Origin: Podarcis melisellensis | Lineage: Eukaryota | Length of the DNA stretch: 64,000 nt | Reading direction: 5' to 3' (one strand) | NCBI GenBank assembly: GCA_964234715.1 | Contig: OZ174279.1 | In this document: positions 52,664 through 64,000 of the stretch, one piece after another | Layout of the letters: each line of letters begins with the position of its first letter | How positions within the stretch are numbered: position 1 is the stretch's first letter | Position numbers and translations under genes: made by a program | Notes under the pieces: model-generated | The model's input: only the letters and a program-made list of their open reading frames with translations | The model's database searches: none | What the model was told of the DNA's origin: nothing

Positions 52664-53229
52664 AATCTAATAATTTGGTTACTGAAAGCCCTACTCAGAT
52701 CCTCATTTGCTGGGACTTTATCAAAGGTTTTATCCATATAAATTGAAAATCTTGGTCAAAGATTCTACTTTATAACTCTCACGATTCTTGCCTTTTAGTG
52801 CAAGTTATAGCTCAGTCCCAACCACCTTTATTTAGAAGTAAGTTGGGTGGATTTTCTGTGAAGCTTGTTTAAAAGTCAATGTGCATAGGACCATGGTTAC
52901 AAGGAGTTCTAGGTAGACTTGAACTTTCTTAGTTCTTAGCCCTCTTTTGCTGCAGTTGAAGTTCTTTTACAGTTAAAGCAACAGCATCTACCCTTCAATC
53001 TACCTTGGACTCCTGACTTCTGTTCTGACCCTTCGTGTGCTCAAACAGCATCTTGCAATATCTGTAACAAAATCCTCCAGAAGATTTCCGTCTCTGATCA
53101 GTTTCATGCTCATGAGTCAAAAGACAATCTTTATTTTCCTCTAGGTGGCAAGAGAATCAACAGAAGCTATAAAAAAATAAGAGCACCTACATGTGGGATG
53201 GACACACACACACACAGCACTCCTCCCCC

Positions 53230-54130
53230 CCCCCCAACCCTTTGGGCTGGCTCATTTAAACAGATGGCTTTGTTTTGATTTGGAATCTCCATTTTTCTTT
53301 TTCTTTTTCCTTTTTTTGTGTCTGACGGCCGAAGGAGACCTCCAAAGTGCTGTCTGTTCAAAAAGAAGCTATACAGTGGCTTATTCCCACACAACTCCCC
53401 GCCGGTTTTCCTTACTGCCCCCCCAATTTGAGCGAATTCCCCCCATCTTTGAGACATTCTTCACATTCTTTGCAGAGAAAAGGGGTTAAACGTCTGAATT
53501 TGGGGGTCACCATGTTATACAAATTGCAATCTAATCGTTTTTACAAGAACACACGTGTGCTAAGAAAGAGAACCCTGAACAAGAAAGACAAGGAGACAGA
53601 CAGCTTGCTTTGTCCTTTCTGCCCTGAATGTTTCTTGCCATTGTCATATTGCCGTGTCTCTCTCCCTTCTTTGCCTCTGGGAGGGAGAGAGTTGGTTTGA
53701 TAGTTAAATTGGCCCGTAAAGCAGAAGGGCTTGGTGCCATTTCTGTTTGTTTTCCCAAATAAAAGCCCCAGAGGGGTCTCCTTTGCACCGTTGTGGCTTT
53801 ATTTGAGAAAACTGGCTTTTCCCCATAGCTAGCATGTCAGTTTATCCTCTGAACTTAACCTTACGACAACCCGGACAACAAAAAACTTCCAGGGTCTCAG
53901 AGCCAGGAAAGGTAAAGAAATTGTATCTCTTTATTGGAACCTTTAAAGTGTGTGTGGGCTAATTCAGAGTCACCAGAAGAAAAGAGGGCAAAGCTTTTTT
54001 TCCAGCCTCGCTACCACCGCTATCATTGCCACCCCTGCTGTAGCGAAAGGCATGCGTGCCTCCAGCTGGCACAGGGAGCATTATAAGCAATGTGCTGTCC
54101 AGCGTTAACTTTTTAAAAAGCAGCCTTGTC
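53230..54130. promoter_or_regulatory. Candidate conserved intronic enhancer
   Basis: No recognisable repeat; CpGs retained; posterior Hox/Cdx-type motifs. Conservation untested. Confidence 0.45.
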
Positions 54131-54833
54131 CCAAGAATCCTGTTATGGCTACACCTCCAAGTTCTTTTCACTCTGGTTCATTTGTAAATGGTCCAGGAAC
54201 ACTTGTTGATTCTTTATTAATAAACTTTTAGCTGTGAGTTCATAAAAGCAGTAGACCACCTCCTGATTCTTCTATGCTTCTCACCATGTATGCTTTCCGT
54301 CCCTATATTATTAGCGAATCATAGGCATAAGCAACAGTGTGACTTAAAAAAAACAACAAATTGGAATGTGTCAAAATGGGGAACTAAGGCTGGGGGGCAG
54401 GCGGTGGCAGGAATAAGCATTTGTGTAGTTTTCTGTGACTCACAGGTTTTTGTTAGTATTTTGAGAATCCTAGCTTCATTTTAATTAATAATTTTGGGCA
54501 ACACCATCTTGGAATTACCTTTGCGAATTTAGTTCTGGTTAAAATTAAGCACCCAGTCATTTCTTAGTGGTACGACAATTCTATATGGCTCTGGAACATT
54601 CCAGTTTCTGACTTTTGTTGGCATGCTGTTTGCAGTTGATTGAAACAAAGCATTTGGCTGTTGAGACCCAAACAACATCTGCGAACAATGCCCAAACGTA
54701 ACTGTGTATGAAATTTTCCATCAAATTTTGGCGACGTCATTAAGCCTGCCTTGGGCATGTTTTTTTCTGCCAGTGTAGATGATCACAGATGGATGATATA
54801 CCGGGTTAAGATCATGCACAAGTTTGCTTTAAC

Positions 54834-55156
54834 CAGTAGGTGGGGATCCCCAGGCCTGCAAGCCTTATTAGGCCTGCCAGGCATCTGAATTTGGCCTGTG
54901 AGGCCATTTTGGACAAATCATGCCCATCTGTTAGTCACCTGAAGTCATATGACATCAGGTGTGGAGATTTGTTGTCTAAACACTCAAAGGCTGCTTGCTC
55001 CTTGCTGGTAAAAGCCAGCAGCAGAGGCTTTTCTCAGATATTAGCACTGTGAGATCACAGGTGAGTGGCCCCACCCACCTGCCAGAAATGCAAAATGACC
55101 CATGGAACGCATGTCAACTGTGGATCTGGGTCTCGGGCTGAAAAAGGTTCCCCACT
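54834..55156. mobile_element. Decayed hAT-type non-autonomous element
   Basis: aggtggggatcc...ggcctgtgaggcc...gggctgaaaaaggttccccact ends; related to ~3455-3570. Confidence 0.55.
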
Positions 55157-56176
55157 TTATTTCAATACATTTGCATGCAATGAAATAAAGGTCTGCTTGG
55201 TGATGCAGCTGTTAGACCTGAAAAGGTTAGCCCCTTCTGTTTTGTCTAAACTTCTGGAAAAGAGAGAGATGAATGTGTTAACTTATCAGCATCAAAATTA
55301 GCTTCTGATACATCTAATTTGTAAATTTAAATTCATGTCAGTTCTAGTGCACTGCCGCTGTTGAAATAGGTGCTTGCCTCTGAAAATTCATTCCTAAATT
55401 TGCTGGACTTGAAAGTGCTACAATACTTCTTATGGCCTCTGTTCTCAACCCAACTTGAATAATGGAAGACCGGGTTTGGGTAAAAAACAACAGCAACCCA
55501 GTGGAGAATTTCCAGGTCGTCTCATTTTGTTCTGCCTTTTTAATCTTGGTTGTGCTGCTGATTTCCTAGTGCTAGCAGTGTGGTTAAAATACTATTTCAG
55601 GAAGGGTATTATGACAAAACAGGAGAGCTGCTGGCAAACTAAATTCTATTCCCCCCTGCCAGATGACCTTGTGTATTCAGCAGTCAAACTGCAGCCTTCA
55701 CCCTAGTAAGATGATGCTTGTGCCACTTGGAAGGGGCTTGGGTAGTAGCAAGAGATACAAGAGCCTCTTCCCAGGGGCATTGTTTAGAGTAAAAATGTCT
55801 CTTTGTAGTGTTGCAAACAGAAAAGCTTTTCCAGGATGAGGGTACAGTGAGTTGAACGTCAAGAGTCTTGGCTTCCTTAAAACTAGCCATTCAACCTTTC
55901 TATGATGTGTGGAGTTGAAAGGTGATCTTTATGGAAAATGGGTGGCAGCAGAATGATTGAATTGCTCGAGCCAGGACAGACATAACTGCAGAAATAACCA
56001 CTCACACAAATGGTCTACTACTTGAACAAGTAGTGGAATGAGTAATCCACCCACACATGTAGTAGGACACATAGGTAGCCTCCAAAAATAAGATTCTAAA
56101 GCTGTCTCGTCAATTTATCTGGAGGAAATGGCAAACTGCTTCTCTGTTTCATATGCTTCCAGCCCCACAGTTTCTG

Positions 56177-57291
56177 ATGCAAGAAAGGTCTTGCCAGTTC
56201 TTATACAAAAAGAGTGAACAGAATTCAACAATTATTTTGATCACTGACTGCTTTTATAATTGTTGATTGCCCCTTTCCATTCAGATTTCATTTTGTGATG
56301 ACACTGGCTGAAACTGAATTCTGAACTCCCTCTGCACTCTGGATAGAACACCTCTTGCATTTTCTCTTCCTTGTGGCTACATTTTAATGCGTGTTTGTTT
56401 GTTTGTTGATTGCTTTTGATCTGAATCAGTTTGTGTATAGGCCTACTAAACTTTTCAGACTACTCCATGCATCTGATGAAGTCTATGAAAGGTGACGACA
56501 CAATATAGTTCTTACAGGGGAGAGACTCTAGTGTTTGTTGCTACATAGTGATACGGGCACCCCTTTGGAAATCATTTTGTTCATAAATGAGAGGGCTCAG
56601 GGTCAAGTCTAAGCAGAAGAGGTTGAACAGTCCCCATCTGCCAGCACATTTTGATGTTATCCTTCCCCAGCCTGGAAGGTAGGTGAGGTGCTGATGGAGA
56701 AGTCGTGTCTCAGACACAAAAGAGAATGAGTGGGTGAGTAAGTAAATGTAGCAGTTGTAAGTGCTACAGATCTCATGTCAGGATAAAGGGTGGAGAGCTC
56801 CTGTGGATGCATCTGCAGACTTGAGAGCTCATTTGCACTAACAAATCCTCCTTAAAAATGGGAATGTAGTTTATACCACCTTTAGAAGTGTTTTTAGATT
56901 GAAATACCTCCATATCCACACACCCCACACAAAAGTACCTTGCAACATGTCCTTAGCTCCCTGGGTATCTTCTCAGTGTTACAGTTTCAGACAAAAAGAG
57001 CTGTTGGAAGGCTCTGTTAGTATAGTACCACTTGGGGCAGCATTTTTCATAGAAACCTTGGGTTCAGCAAGCATCCCCATGGGATTCTGCAAAATGTTAC
57101 AGCCTCCCATCTTAGGCATTTTGCTTTGCCCTCTCATGCTGGCCAGACATCTGCGTTTCAATAGTGGGAACTGCCCACAAATAACACAAGGCCTGAGTTT
57201 GTCTCATGACATACTGTATGCAAGAAAGGTCTTGCCAGTTCTTATACAAAAAGAGTGAACATAATTCAACAATTATTTTGATCACTGACTG
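56177..57291 (+). repeat. 74-bp direct repeat pair (56177-56250 and 57218-57291), one mismatch
   Basis: atgcaagaaaggtcttgccagttcttatacaaaaagagtgaaca[g/t]aattcaacaattattttgatcactgactg, offset 1041 bp. Confidence 0.95.
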
Positions 57292-58099
57292 AATTCACCA
57301 AATTCAAGTCTTGACCCTGAAAGCTTAATGAAGTCTTAGAAATACGTTTGTGAACATTCTTGCCCCATGATGTTGAATAATTCCAAGTAATGATTAGTTA
57401 TTGCAAACTTTTGCCTTTGAATTTTGTAATAGTTTAAAAATGTTTTTATTTCACTTTCCAGGAGGGGGAGCTTGTTACAGGGCTTGCTCAACAAAAAGGG
57501 TTGAAAACCACTGGCTTAGGGTGTGTTATGACCCACACACTGCACAAGTCAGGACTGGGCTTCTTTTAAGTTATAGATTCTTTTTAGGGGAACTGCCTGT
57601 ACGTCTCTTCCATCCAAATGAGGTGCTACTCATGCTGTATCACGGGAGAAAAACTGCAAGTGCTTTCATTAGAAAGGACAGAAGCTCTGTTAAATCTTCA
57701 GCATCCCATGAGAATTTCCGGAAGTTTGCTTTTAAAAAAATGTTTTTGTAAGGTGATTAGGGTGGCTTCATTTTAATGTTACACAATATTATTTTACTTT
57801 ATAACCATGAATAACTTAAGTGCAATGGACTCAATTCCTGATAAATGTTCTCTGCCCAAGTAATCTCTAGATTTTCTAATGTGCATAGAAGCACCTCTAT
57901 AGATGATGTACTTCCAGCGCTGTTCTGCTTATTGGCATTTGTCAAGGGCTTTTTTTCCTCTTTTTTTACAACTTGGAAAGTTTTTCACTAATGTGAGTAT
58001 AGGAGAGGAAAGCTTATTGGCAGTTCAGCTATAATCTAAGGAGCATTTTTCAGGCAACTCTGCCAGTCACACAACTGCAGTATAATCACAGTCATATGT

Positions 58100-58250
58100 G
58101 GTCACATAGCTCAGTTATCAGCATGGTGCTGGTAACACCACGTTTGCAGGTTGGATCCCCATATGGGACAACTGTATATTCCTGCATTGCAGGGGGTTGG
58201 ACAGGATGATCCTCAGGGTACCTTCCAATTCCATGCTTCTATGAATTCTA
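58100..58250 (+). mobile_element. tRNA-derived SINE with CR1-derived 3' tail
   Basis: tRNA-like head catagctcagt...gcaggttggatcccc, then attcctgcattgcagggggttggac...ttccaattccatgcttctatga, the same tail as the CR1 ends in this window. Confidence 0.8.
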
Positions 58251-58869
58251 CGACTTTTGGATCAGTTTGGACAGGCAAAGAACAAAAACAACCCTCAACT
58301 TATCAGGATGTTCTTGCCCAGGAGTTAAAGGACCATCCTTTCAGGTGTTCCTTTTTTGAGAGACAGGAAATCCTCTTCCTATCTTGAGATTCTGCATTTC
58401 AAGAGCCGGGCTGAGGAATATGGCAAAGCCAGAGGAGCAAAGCCGGGTCTCTGGAGAGTTCCCAGTGTGTGGTGATATACGGTAGTTGCCTCTGTATGCT
58501 TCCATATACATCTGGCCAGCATCCCTAAGTAGGGTGCCTAAGTATAGCTCCCACTAACCTCATTTTCCCCAGCTCCTCCTCTGAATTGCAAAGCAGGGCA
58601 GTTTTCTTTGTTTTTTGTTTTGTCTAGGAGTTCCTCTTTCTTTAGATGATGGGTCCCCTGCCTCTTACTCCTGCCCTGATCCTGCAAACGTCTTCCCCTC
58701 ATCTACCTCTAGCTGCATATTGTACAGAGCAGATGGGCTACACTCCTTCCCTCCAAGGGTTAATGTTTTAAGAACTTGTCCAGCAATTCCCTGCCTTGAG
58801 AAACACAAAGTGCAATAACACAGCACCCCTGGATTCAGGTTTTGTGGGTGGGTCGGGGGGGGGGGAGGG

Positions 58870-59690
58870 ATGAGGATTAATTCCTGCACTTGATGTTAAA
58901 GCTTGCCCAAGAGGTTTGCCTTGGGGGGAGCATCGCTAGGGCCGACTGGTTGTGTTAAATGGTTGCTAAGGCCTTGGCATTACGGCCTGATGGAGTGTTC
59001 CACAGTCACGGTCACGGAGGGAATTACACAGCCACAAAGAAATTGTTATTCTCCGTAATCTGCTTTTTGGAGAGTGACTGGGGGAGATGGGCCGGCCCCA
59101 GCAGGCTGCCGGTGCTGTGATCATGGAAGCGTGTTGGCTCTGGCGAGCAGGGCAGGGCTCACCTTCTGATCTGGGGGACACCAGTGCTGCTGGTGCTAAT
59201 CTGCTTTCTCAGCAATTTTGCTCCTCTGACACAACGGTGTTTACTTGTTTGAACATCTCCCGGGACTCTATTTCGCCTATTGTGTGGTCTTTATCCCCCC
59301 CACCCCCGATGGGGCTTTAGCCCAGATTACAGATGGAATTAAGGCCTCTGGCTCGGGTGCCCCAGAAAGACTGATACGGGATCAAGGAGCAGAAAGTAAC
59401 AAAATAACTGGGAGGAGGGGGAGGCACTAGTTGCTTCAGGGAGTGGGGCTGCATTGTCCCACGGAGCGAGAGCCAGTGCGGCAGCCTGAAAAGCAGGCGC
59501 TCGGTGCTTTGTGACCAGTTCTGATTAGACCGTTAGGGAGGAGGAGAAGGGCTGGGAACATGTGGGTCTTTAGTGGCTGAATGGGCTTCATTGGACACTG
59601 TTGTCTGAGTGGTAGTGAGAACTGTGGCAGCCCGGCTTTCTCTTGCAAGGGCGGTGGATTAGGAGCATGTATTAATTAATCAGAGAGCCC
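58870..59690. promoter_or_regulatory. Candidate conserved intronic enhancer with TAATC cluster
   Basis: Relatively GC/CpG-rich, no recognisable repeat, seven TAATC/GATTA sites. Conservation untested. Confidence 0.5.
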
Positions 59691-61728
59691 TGTGCTAGAC
59701 AGAACTTGTAGCTGTAATGAAGGAAGGGAACTACTCAGCTGTCTTATTCAGCCTCTTATTCCTTGCAATCCTTTTGCCTTTCATGCCCATTTGGTCCTTA
59801 ACTGTCTCCTGATATAAAGTTGCATTCTCATTCCTTGATGAAAATGCCTCCTGAATAAGGTGGGGCATTGCAGAAGCAGCTCCTCTCCTTCCAGTTTAGA
59901 CATGGGGAAGTGGCTGCAGAAAGTTCTGCAACCCGAGCCATGTCTGTGAGACTGGGTCCCTGTGAAAGCAGCCTCAGATGGCTTTTCATCTAAAGTGAGC
60001 CTGCTCAATAGACTGATTCAGATGATGGGAATGAACACAGCCTGCCTTTCAGTGTTGGTTGTGTGATGTGGGGACACTTAAAAACAACAACGATATGGTC
60101 CATCCCCAGTCCTCCCCAATTTTAGCCGTATCATGCTTCCCCACCTCCCCCCAAAGGCTGCCATGAGAGATAAGCTGTCATGAAAGATAGGGGAGTGCTG
60201 TATCCTGTGTAATTTGAGCACTAGAAAAAGTCTAGATAGTTCCCTTGGGCATTGTTGTCTTGCAATGCTAAGAGTTCACGACAGAGCAGGTTGAAATGCT
60301 TTCATGATAATGATGGAAGTGCAGTGAATGCTGTCATCTCTAACACTAACATTACATGCAAGAGGCTGGCTGGAAGAAGGGAACCAATCTAGGTGAACTG
60401 AAAGAAAGGGTTTACTGAAAACAAAAAGCATATCTGGAGTACAGATGCAGTACAACCCATCTAGGTGAGAACAAAATAAAAAAGGAAATGAGTCTTGGAG
60501 AAATGGAGTTGCTTTTCAGTATTGCAGAGATGCTGCCTAAAAATGCAGTGAGCCAGAAAATGTTTCCCAAATCATTCAGAGTTGGACAGATCAGAAACCA
60601 AGGGCAGCTTTACTCATCACATGGCAGCGAATATCGTTTTTCGCCATGTATGTGCAACGAAGGGAGTCAAGGCTTCCTAGCAATTTTCAGGGTACATATG
60701 CTTCCAAACACTGGACTTTTTTTTTGCCATGTTCATGCTTTACATTCTCAGGTATACAAGTAACCATTTTACATGAATGCTTGGGGGGGGGGGGAGTAAC
60801 AGGCAAACGCTTCCTAAACAATTGAGCTGTGGAATGCAGCTCACTGCTATGGTCCACAGTCTTCATGAAAACCTGCTTTCCGTTCTGAACTCCTGCGTTT
60901 ACAATTGATCAGTGATCTTCCAGCCATAATGTGGGATTGCACTGATTGAGTGTCTCCTTCCTTGCTGTGCTGGTATTTGTAGACAAGAGAGGATTGCTTA
61001 GGGCTATTAGCACAAAGACAAAATACATAGAACCCTTGGAGAAGCACAATTGTTTCCAGCACATGCTGTTTTCCACTATATCAAGTAAGTGTTCCTTCAG
61101 TATACCAGGGAGGTCTTTTGCGTGAGTCTTTGTTTGTCAAGGATAGTAGTGCTCTCAACAAAGATTTATTTTCTGACACAGTTGTACGTCTTGCTGTTCA
61201 CAAAGTGGTTGCCCTCTCTTGCCAAGTAATCCCCAAATTGTTATGGCTAGATATAGAAGCAGAGTGCTAAGAAAATAATATAAGTACACCAGAGGGAGAA
61301 TTATACTACAGCCAAGTACATATACCCCTTCATATTTACAGAGATCTTTTAATGACCACTAATGTGGTGTCTATGGATTCCACAACTAGTATATTATCTA
61401 AATAAATCTGCATCTTTGCTAATATAAGGGCTGCTTATCAGTGCTCTTTGCTTTACAGAAAAACATGTTAGTTCTGCTTAGTGTGAGAGGTAGATTTGAG
61501 TAACGGCTTTTATACTTTCAAAGGGAAAATGGCTATTATTTATTTGTCCTGGTATGCAACCTGTGCTCTTTTTCTTTTTAAAAAACTGGATACAAACTAA
61601 CCTGCACTTGAATGATCTTTCAACACTTTGGTTTCATTAATCTTTCCTGATAGAAGAACTGCATCAAAACAGAAGCCTAACATATGTAATAAAAAGATGC
61701 TCAGTACCATAATCGGTTCTCTTTTCAG

Positions 61729-61869
61729 TGGGCAACTAGTCACCTGCCTTGGGACAGACTTCCATCGAGGAGCTGGAGTCCTGGATGTTTTCTATGAAAC
61801 ACCTTCCACCTTGCTATCTTGTGGGTATGATACCTATATCCGATACTGGGATTTACGGACGAGCACAAG
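61729..61869 (+). CDS. FBXW4: FBXW4 coding exon 7 (GQLVTCLGTDFHRGAGVLDVFYETPSTLLSCGYDTYIRYWDLRTST)
   Basis: Acceptor ctcttttcAG, donor AG|gtcagt; 141 nt; within ORF 61628..61882. Confidence 0.96.
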
Positions 61870-62030
61870 GTCAGTCTTGTAGCCTATTTATCAAAGCTGG
61901 TTGGGAATATTCTGGTTGCTAATTTCCTGGGTGCCTTGCTCTGACATGCCAGGCTATCCATAAAGACTGGTGATCCAGTATGTGGAAAAGAATGCTCTAA
62001 AGGTCTTTTGTGACTTTTTCTCCCCAAAAG

Positions 62031-62172
62031 GGAATGTGTCAAGCAATGGGAAGAGCCTCACGACAGTGCCCTGTACTGCATTAGGAGCAATGGGAATCAC
62101 ATGATTGCAAGTGGATCTTCTTATTATGGCGTGGTCCGTCTTTGGGATAAGCGACAAACCAGGTGCTTACAG
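62031..62172 (+). CDS. FBXW4: FBXW4 coding exon 8 (ECVKQWEEPHDSALYCIRSNGNHMIASGSSYYGVVRLWDKRQTRCLQ)
   Basis: Acceptor tttttctccccaaaAG, donor CAG|gtaagg; 142 nt; WD40 repeat translated by hand. Confidence 0.95.
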
Positions 62173-63147
62173 GTAAGGAATCACCATTATCTTCCCAAAA
62201 GTTGATAGAAGGGGAGCTATATCAAGTTTCCCGCACAAGGACTAAGGGTGTGGAGATCTGTGTCACTTCTGCTCATTCCTGATTGCTTTACGTAAACAGT
62301 AATAGATGGGAGTTCAAATACCTACTCAGCCATGAAGCTAGTAACTTGTTCAGTGCTGCTTAGTTGGCATCCGTCTGTCTTGAAACACAGTGGAGTGTGC
62401 CTTCGGGGGTGAAGTCCAACCACTGTATTAGCAGCACCAAAGTGACTTCCCTGGGGCACAAGCCTGCTACACGCTAATTTTTGGCTGGGGGACGGGAATT
62501 GTTGTTTGTCACCTTGAGATCCAGAAGGGTGGGATACAAAAGTTCTTACAGGACCAAAACAAGCCTGCCAGCTGCTCCATATTGTCATGGTACTAGGACA
62601 AGGAATTGTGTTTATGACTTCATGAGACCAGGTACAGGTTTTAAATGCTGACATGCTGTTTTGTGCTGGTTTTTAGGCAGGAAACTGAACTGATTCATTT
62701 TTAATGTTTTAATAATTTTAAAGTTTTCATTGTTTGAACTCTGTGTGAACTGCCCAGGGGATTTTGTTGATTGGGCAATCAAGAAGTGTTCTAAATAAAT
62801 GAATGCAAATTAACTGGGAGAGCAAGGAATTGCCTATGGGGATCTGATACAACAGCTTTGGGTTCAGTTGAACTCCAAAGATGTCAGTAGGAATATATCT
62901 GTGTAGTGGCGATTTCTCAAGCTGTTGCTGCCACTTTGAGCTGGTCTCGTTCAGAAACACAATTGGCAGTGCCCTCACTGTTGCCTCACCTCAGTTCTGT
63001 TATCTTCTTGCTATGATGCAGATGCAGATTTACAGGGTGGAATGGAATTTTGTGGGTGCTGGATGATTGCCATCTTATCACTGGCTCTTATTCCTGAATA
63101 ACAGAAATCACCTATCTAGGAGGATCTTTTTTCTTGTTTCTTTACAG

Positions 63148-63264
63148 AGCTTCTACTTGTCATCACCCACCAGCAGTCCTGTGTACTGCCTGCGCTTCAG
63201 CACCACTCATCTCTATGCCACCCTGGCATCTGCCCTGTATGCCCTTGATTTTACTACCTCCTGA
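63148..63264 (+). CDS. FBXW4: FBXW4 terminal coding exon 9 (SFYLSSPTSSPVYCLRFSTTHLYATLASALYALDFTTS*)
   Basis: Acceptor ttcttgtttctttacAG; stop TGA ends at 63264; 3' part of ORF 63067..63264. Confidence 0.95.
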   Translation, partial: SFYLSSPTSSPVYCLRFSTTHLYATLASALYALDFTTS

Positions 63265-63765
63265 TGGAGATTGGCTTGGACTGCAGATATAATACCCAGC
63301 TCAGGGAGCACAAAAAGGAAATGATTACCTTGACAGAACAAGCAGCCTGAAACTCACACTAAGTGCTATGGGGGAACCCAAGGAAGGAATGTTCACCTGC
63401 CTTCTGGTTCCATTAAAGGCTAATGTATCCTTGCCTCATTTTATTTTGCACATTTTGGGGTATTGTGTTGCATTTTAATTTATTTGAAGGCATTATTCAG
63501 CTTGGCAATTTATGCATTCTCTTTTGCTATCAGCATAGATTCTCTTTGGGCCTCTGAATGCTGCAAGCCAACCATTTCTTCATGTTTTGGATTTAGTTTA
63601 GGAGGATGGGACTAGCTGCTTACTTCACTGACTCTCATCACTGCCACATAAATAGACACTGGGCTATAAGACCAAAGCCTTAGATTACTCTGTGCAAATT
63701 GTACCAATTTTTAACTGGCTGCAAGGAGTGCTGCACTAGAAAGGTGTTGTCAGGTCAATGTGCTA

Positions 63766-63882
63766 AATAAATTTTACAATGGGAAAAAAGAATGTGAGTT
63801 CAAAACCAGTGACTGACTAATAGCTGTATAATTTGAATAGATTCCTAGGATCAAATGCAATGATTTGCTTACCTAAAATAAA
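63766..63882 (+). terminator. Candidate polyadenylation signals of the FBXW4 3' UTR (AATAAA at 63766-63771 and 63877-63882)
   Basis: Two AATAAA hexamers 0.5-0.6 kb after the stop codon; which is used is not determinable from sequence. Confidence 0.55.
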
Positions 63883-63922
63883 GTTATTTCTACAGCTGTA
63901 ACTTTTGAAACAATGAACTACA

Positions 63923-64000
63923 TCAGGCACGTCCAACTCCCAAGAGACTGCGATCTACTCCCAGTATAAAATAGCTGACAGTGATCTACCCATTGTTATT
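63923..64000. mobile_element. Start of a probable hAT-type element, truncated by the window end
   Basis: caggcacgtccaac terminus resembles the other hAT TIRs in the window. Confidence 0.45.

Larger units (their letters stand above)
5455..63264 (+). other. FBXW4: FBXW4 (dactylin) gene body, coding exons 2-9; exon 1 upstream of window
   Basis: Eight exons splice in frame to a WD40-repeat protein ...VPVKERVKVSQNWRRGRCRKIPLLKWKRNLMPWMQLDDDYLYLSQ...GHEQEVNCVDCQGAIVVSGSRDRTAKVW...SFVTGTACCGHTSPLRIWDL...LLSCGYDTYIRYWDLRTS...SPVYCLRFSTTHLYATLASALYALDFTTS*, recognised as FBXW4. Exon sizes 96/186/133/95/66/141/142 nt, all phases compatible. Confidence 0.97.

Noticed and set aside
44853-52741. ORFs containing long X runs
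   Set aside because: Artefacts of translating across the two N gaps.
58100-58165. tRNA gene
   Set aside because: Degenerate head fused to a CR1 tail, so it is a SINE rather than a foldable tRNA.
11291-60763. Many 60-150 aa intronic ORFs as a nested gene or novel system
   Set aside because: Lengths are as expected by chance, many begin at non-ATG codons, composition is low-information, and there are no recognisable domains or coherent exon chain on either strand apart from FBXW4 and TE relics.
62360-62550. Possible LINE 5'UTR/SINE-like repeat in intron 8
   Set aside because: Looks repetitive, but I could not assign a family or boundaries without a library search.

Overview
Eukaryotic (vertebrate) genomic DNA, almost certainly from a squamate reptile and probably a lacertid lizard, judged from Sauria SINEs, a BovB 3' end, CR1/L2/Penelope relics and hAT MITEs. 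The window lies inside one + strand gene, FBXW4 (dactylin; F-box/WD40). Coding exons 2-9 were resolved to the base with consistent splice phases (5455-5550, 6693-6878, 8026-8158, 10996-11090, 46657-46722, 61729-61869, 62031-62172, 63148-63264). Exon 1, with the F-box, lies upstream of the window. Intron 5 (~35.6 kb) and intron 6 (~15 kb) contain several repeat-free blocks rich in homeodomain/TCF motifs; these are candidates for the long-range Fgf8 enhancers known to sit in Fbxw4 introns in other vertebrates. The most notable direct observation is that intron 2 keeps the reading frame only with a non-canonical GC donor, overlapped 4 nt downstream by a GT donor that would give a premature stop. 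There are two assembly gaps. Almost all listed ORFs are chance frames or TE relics. I found no evidence for a new protein-coding system; the most interesting signals are splicing-related, cis-regulatory and transposon-related. Repeat family names come from recognition, not a database search.
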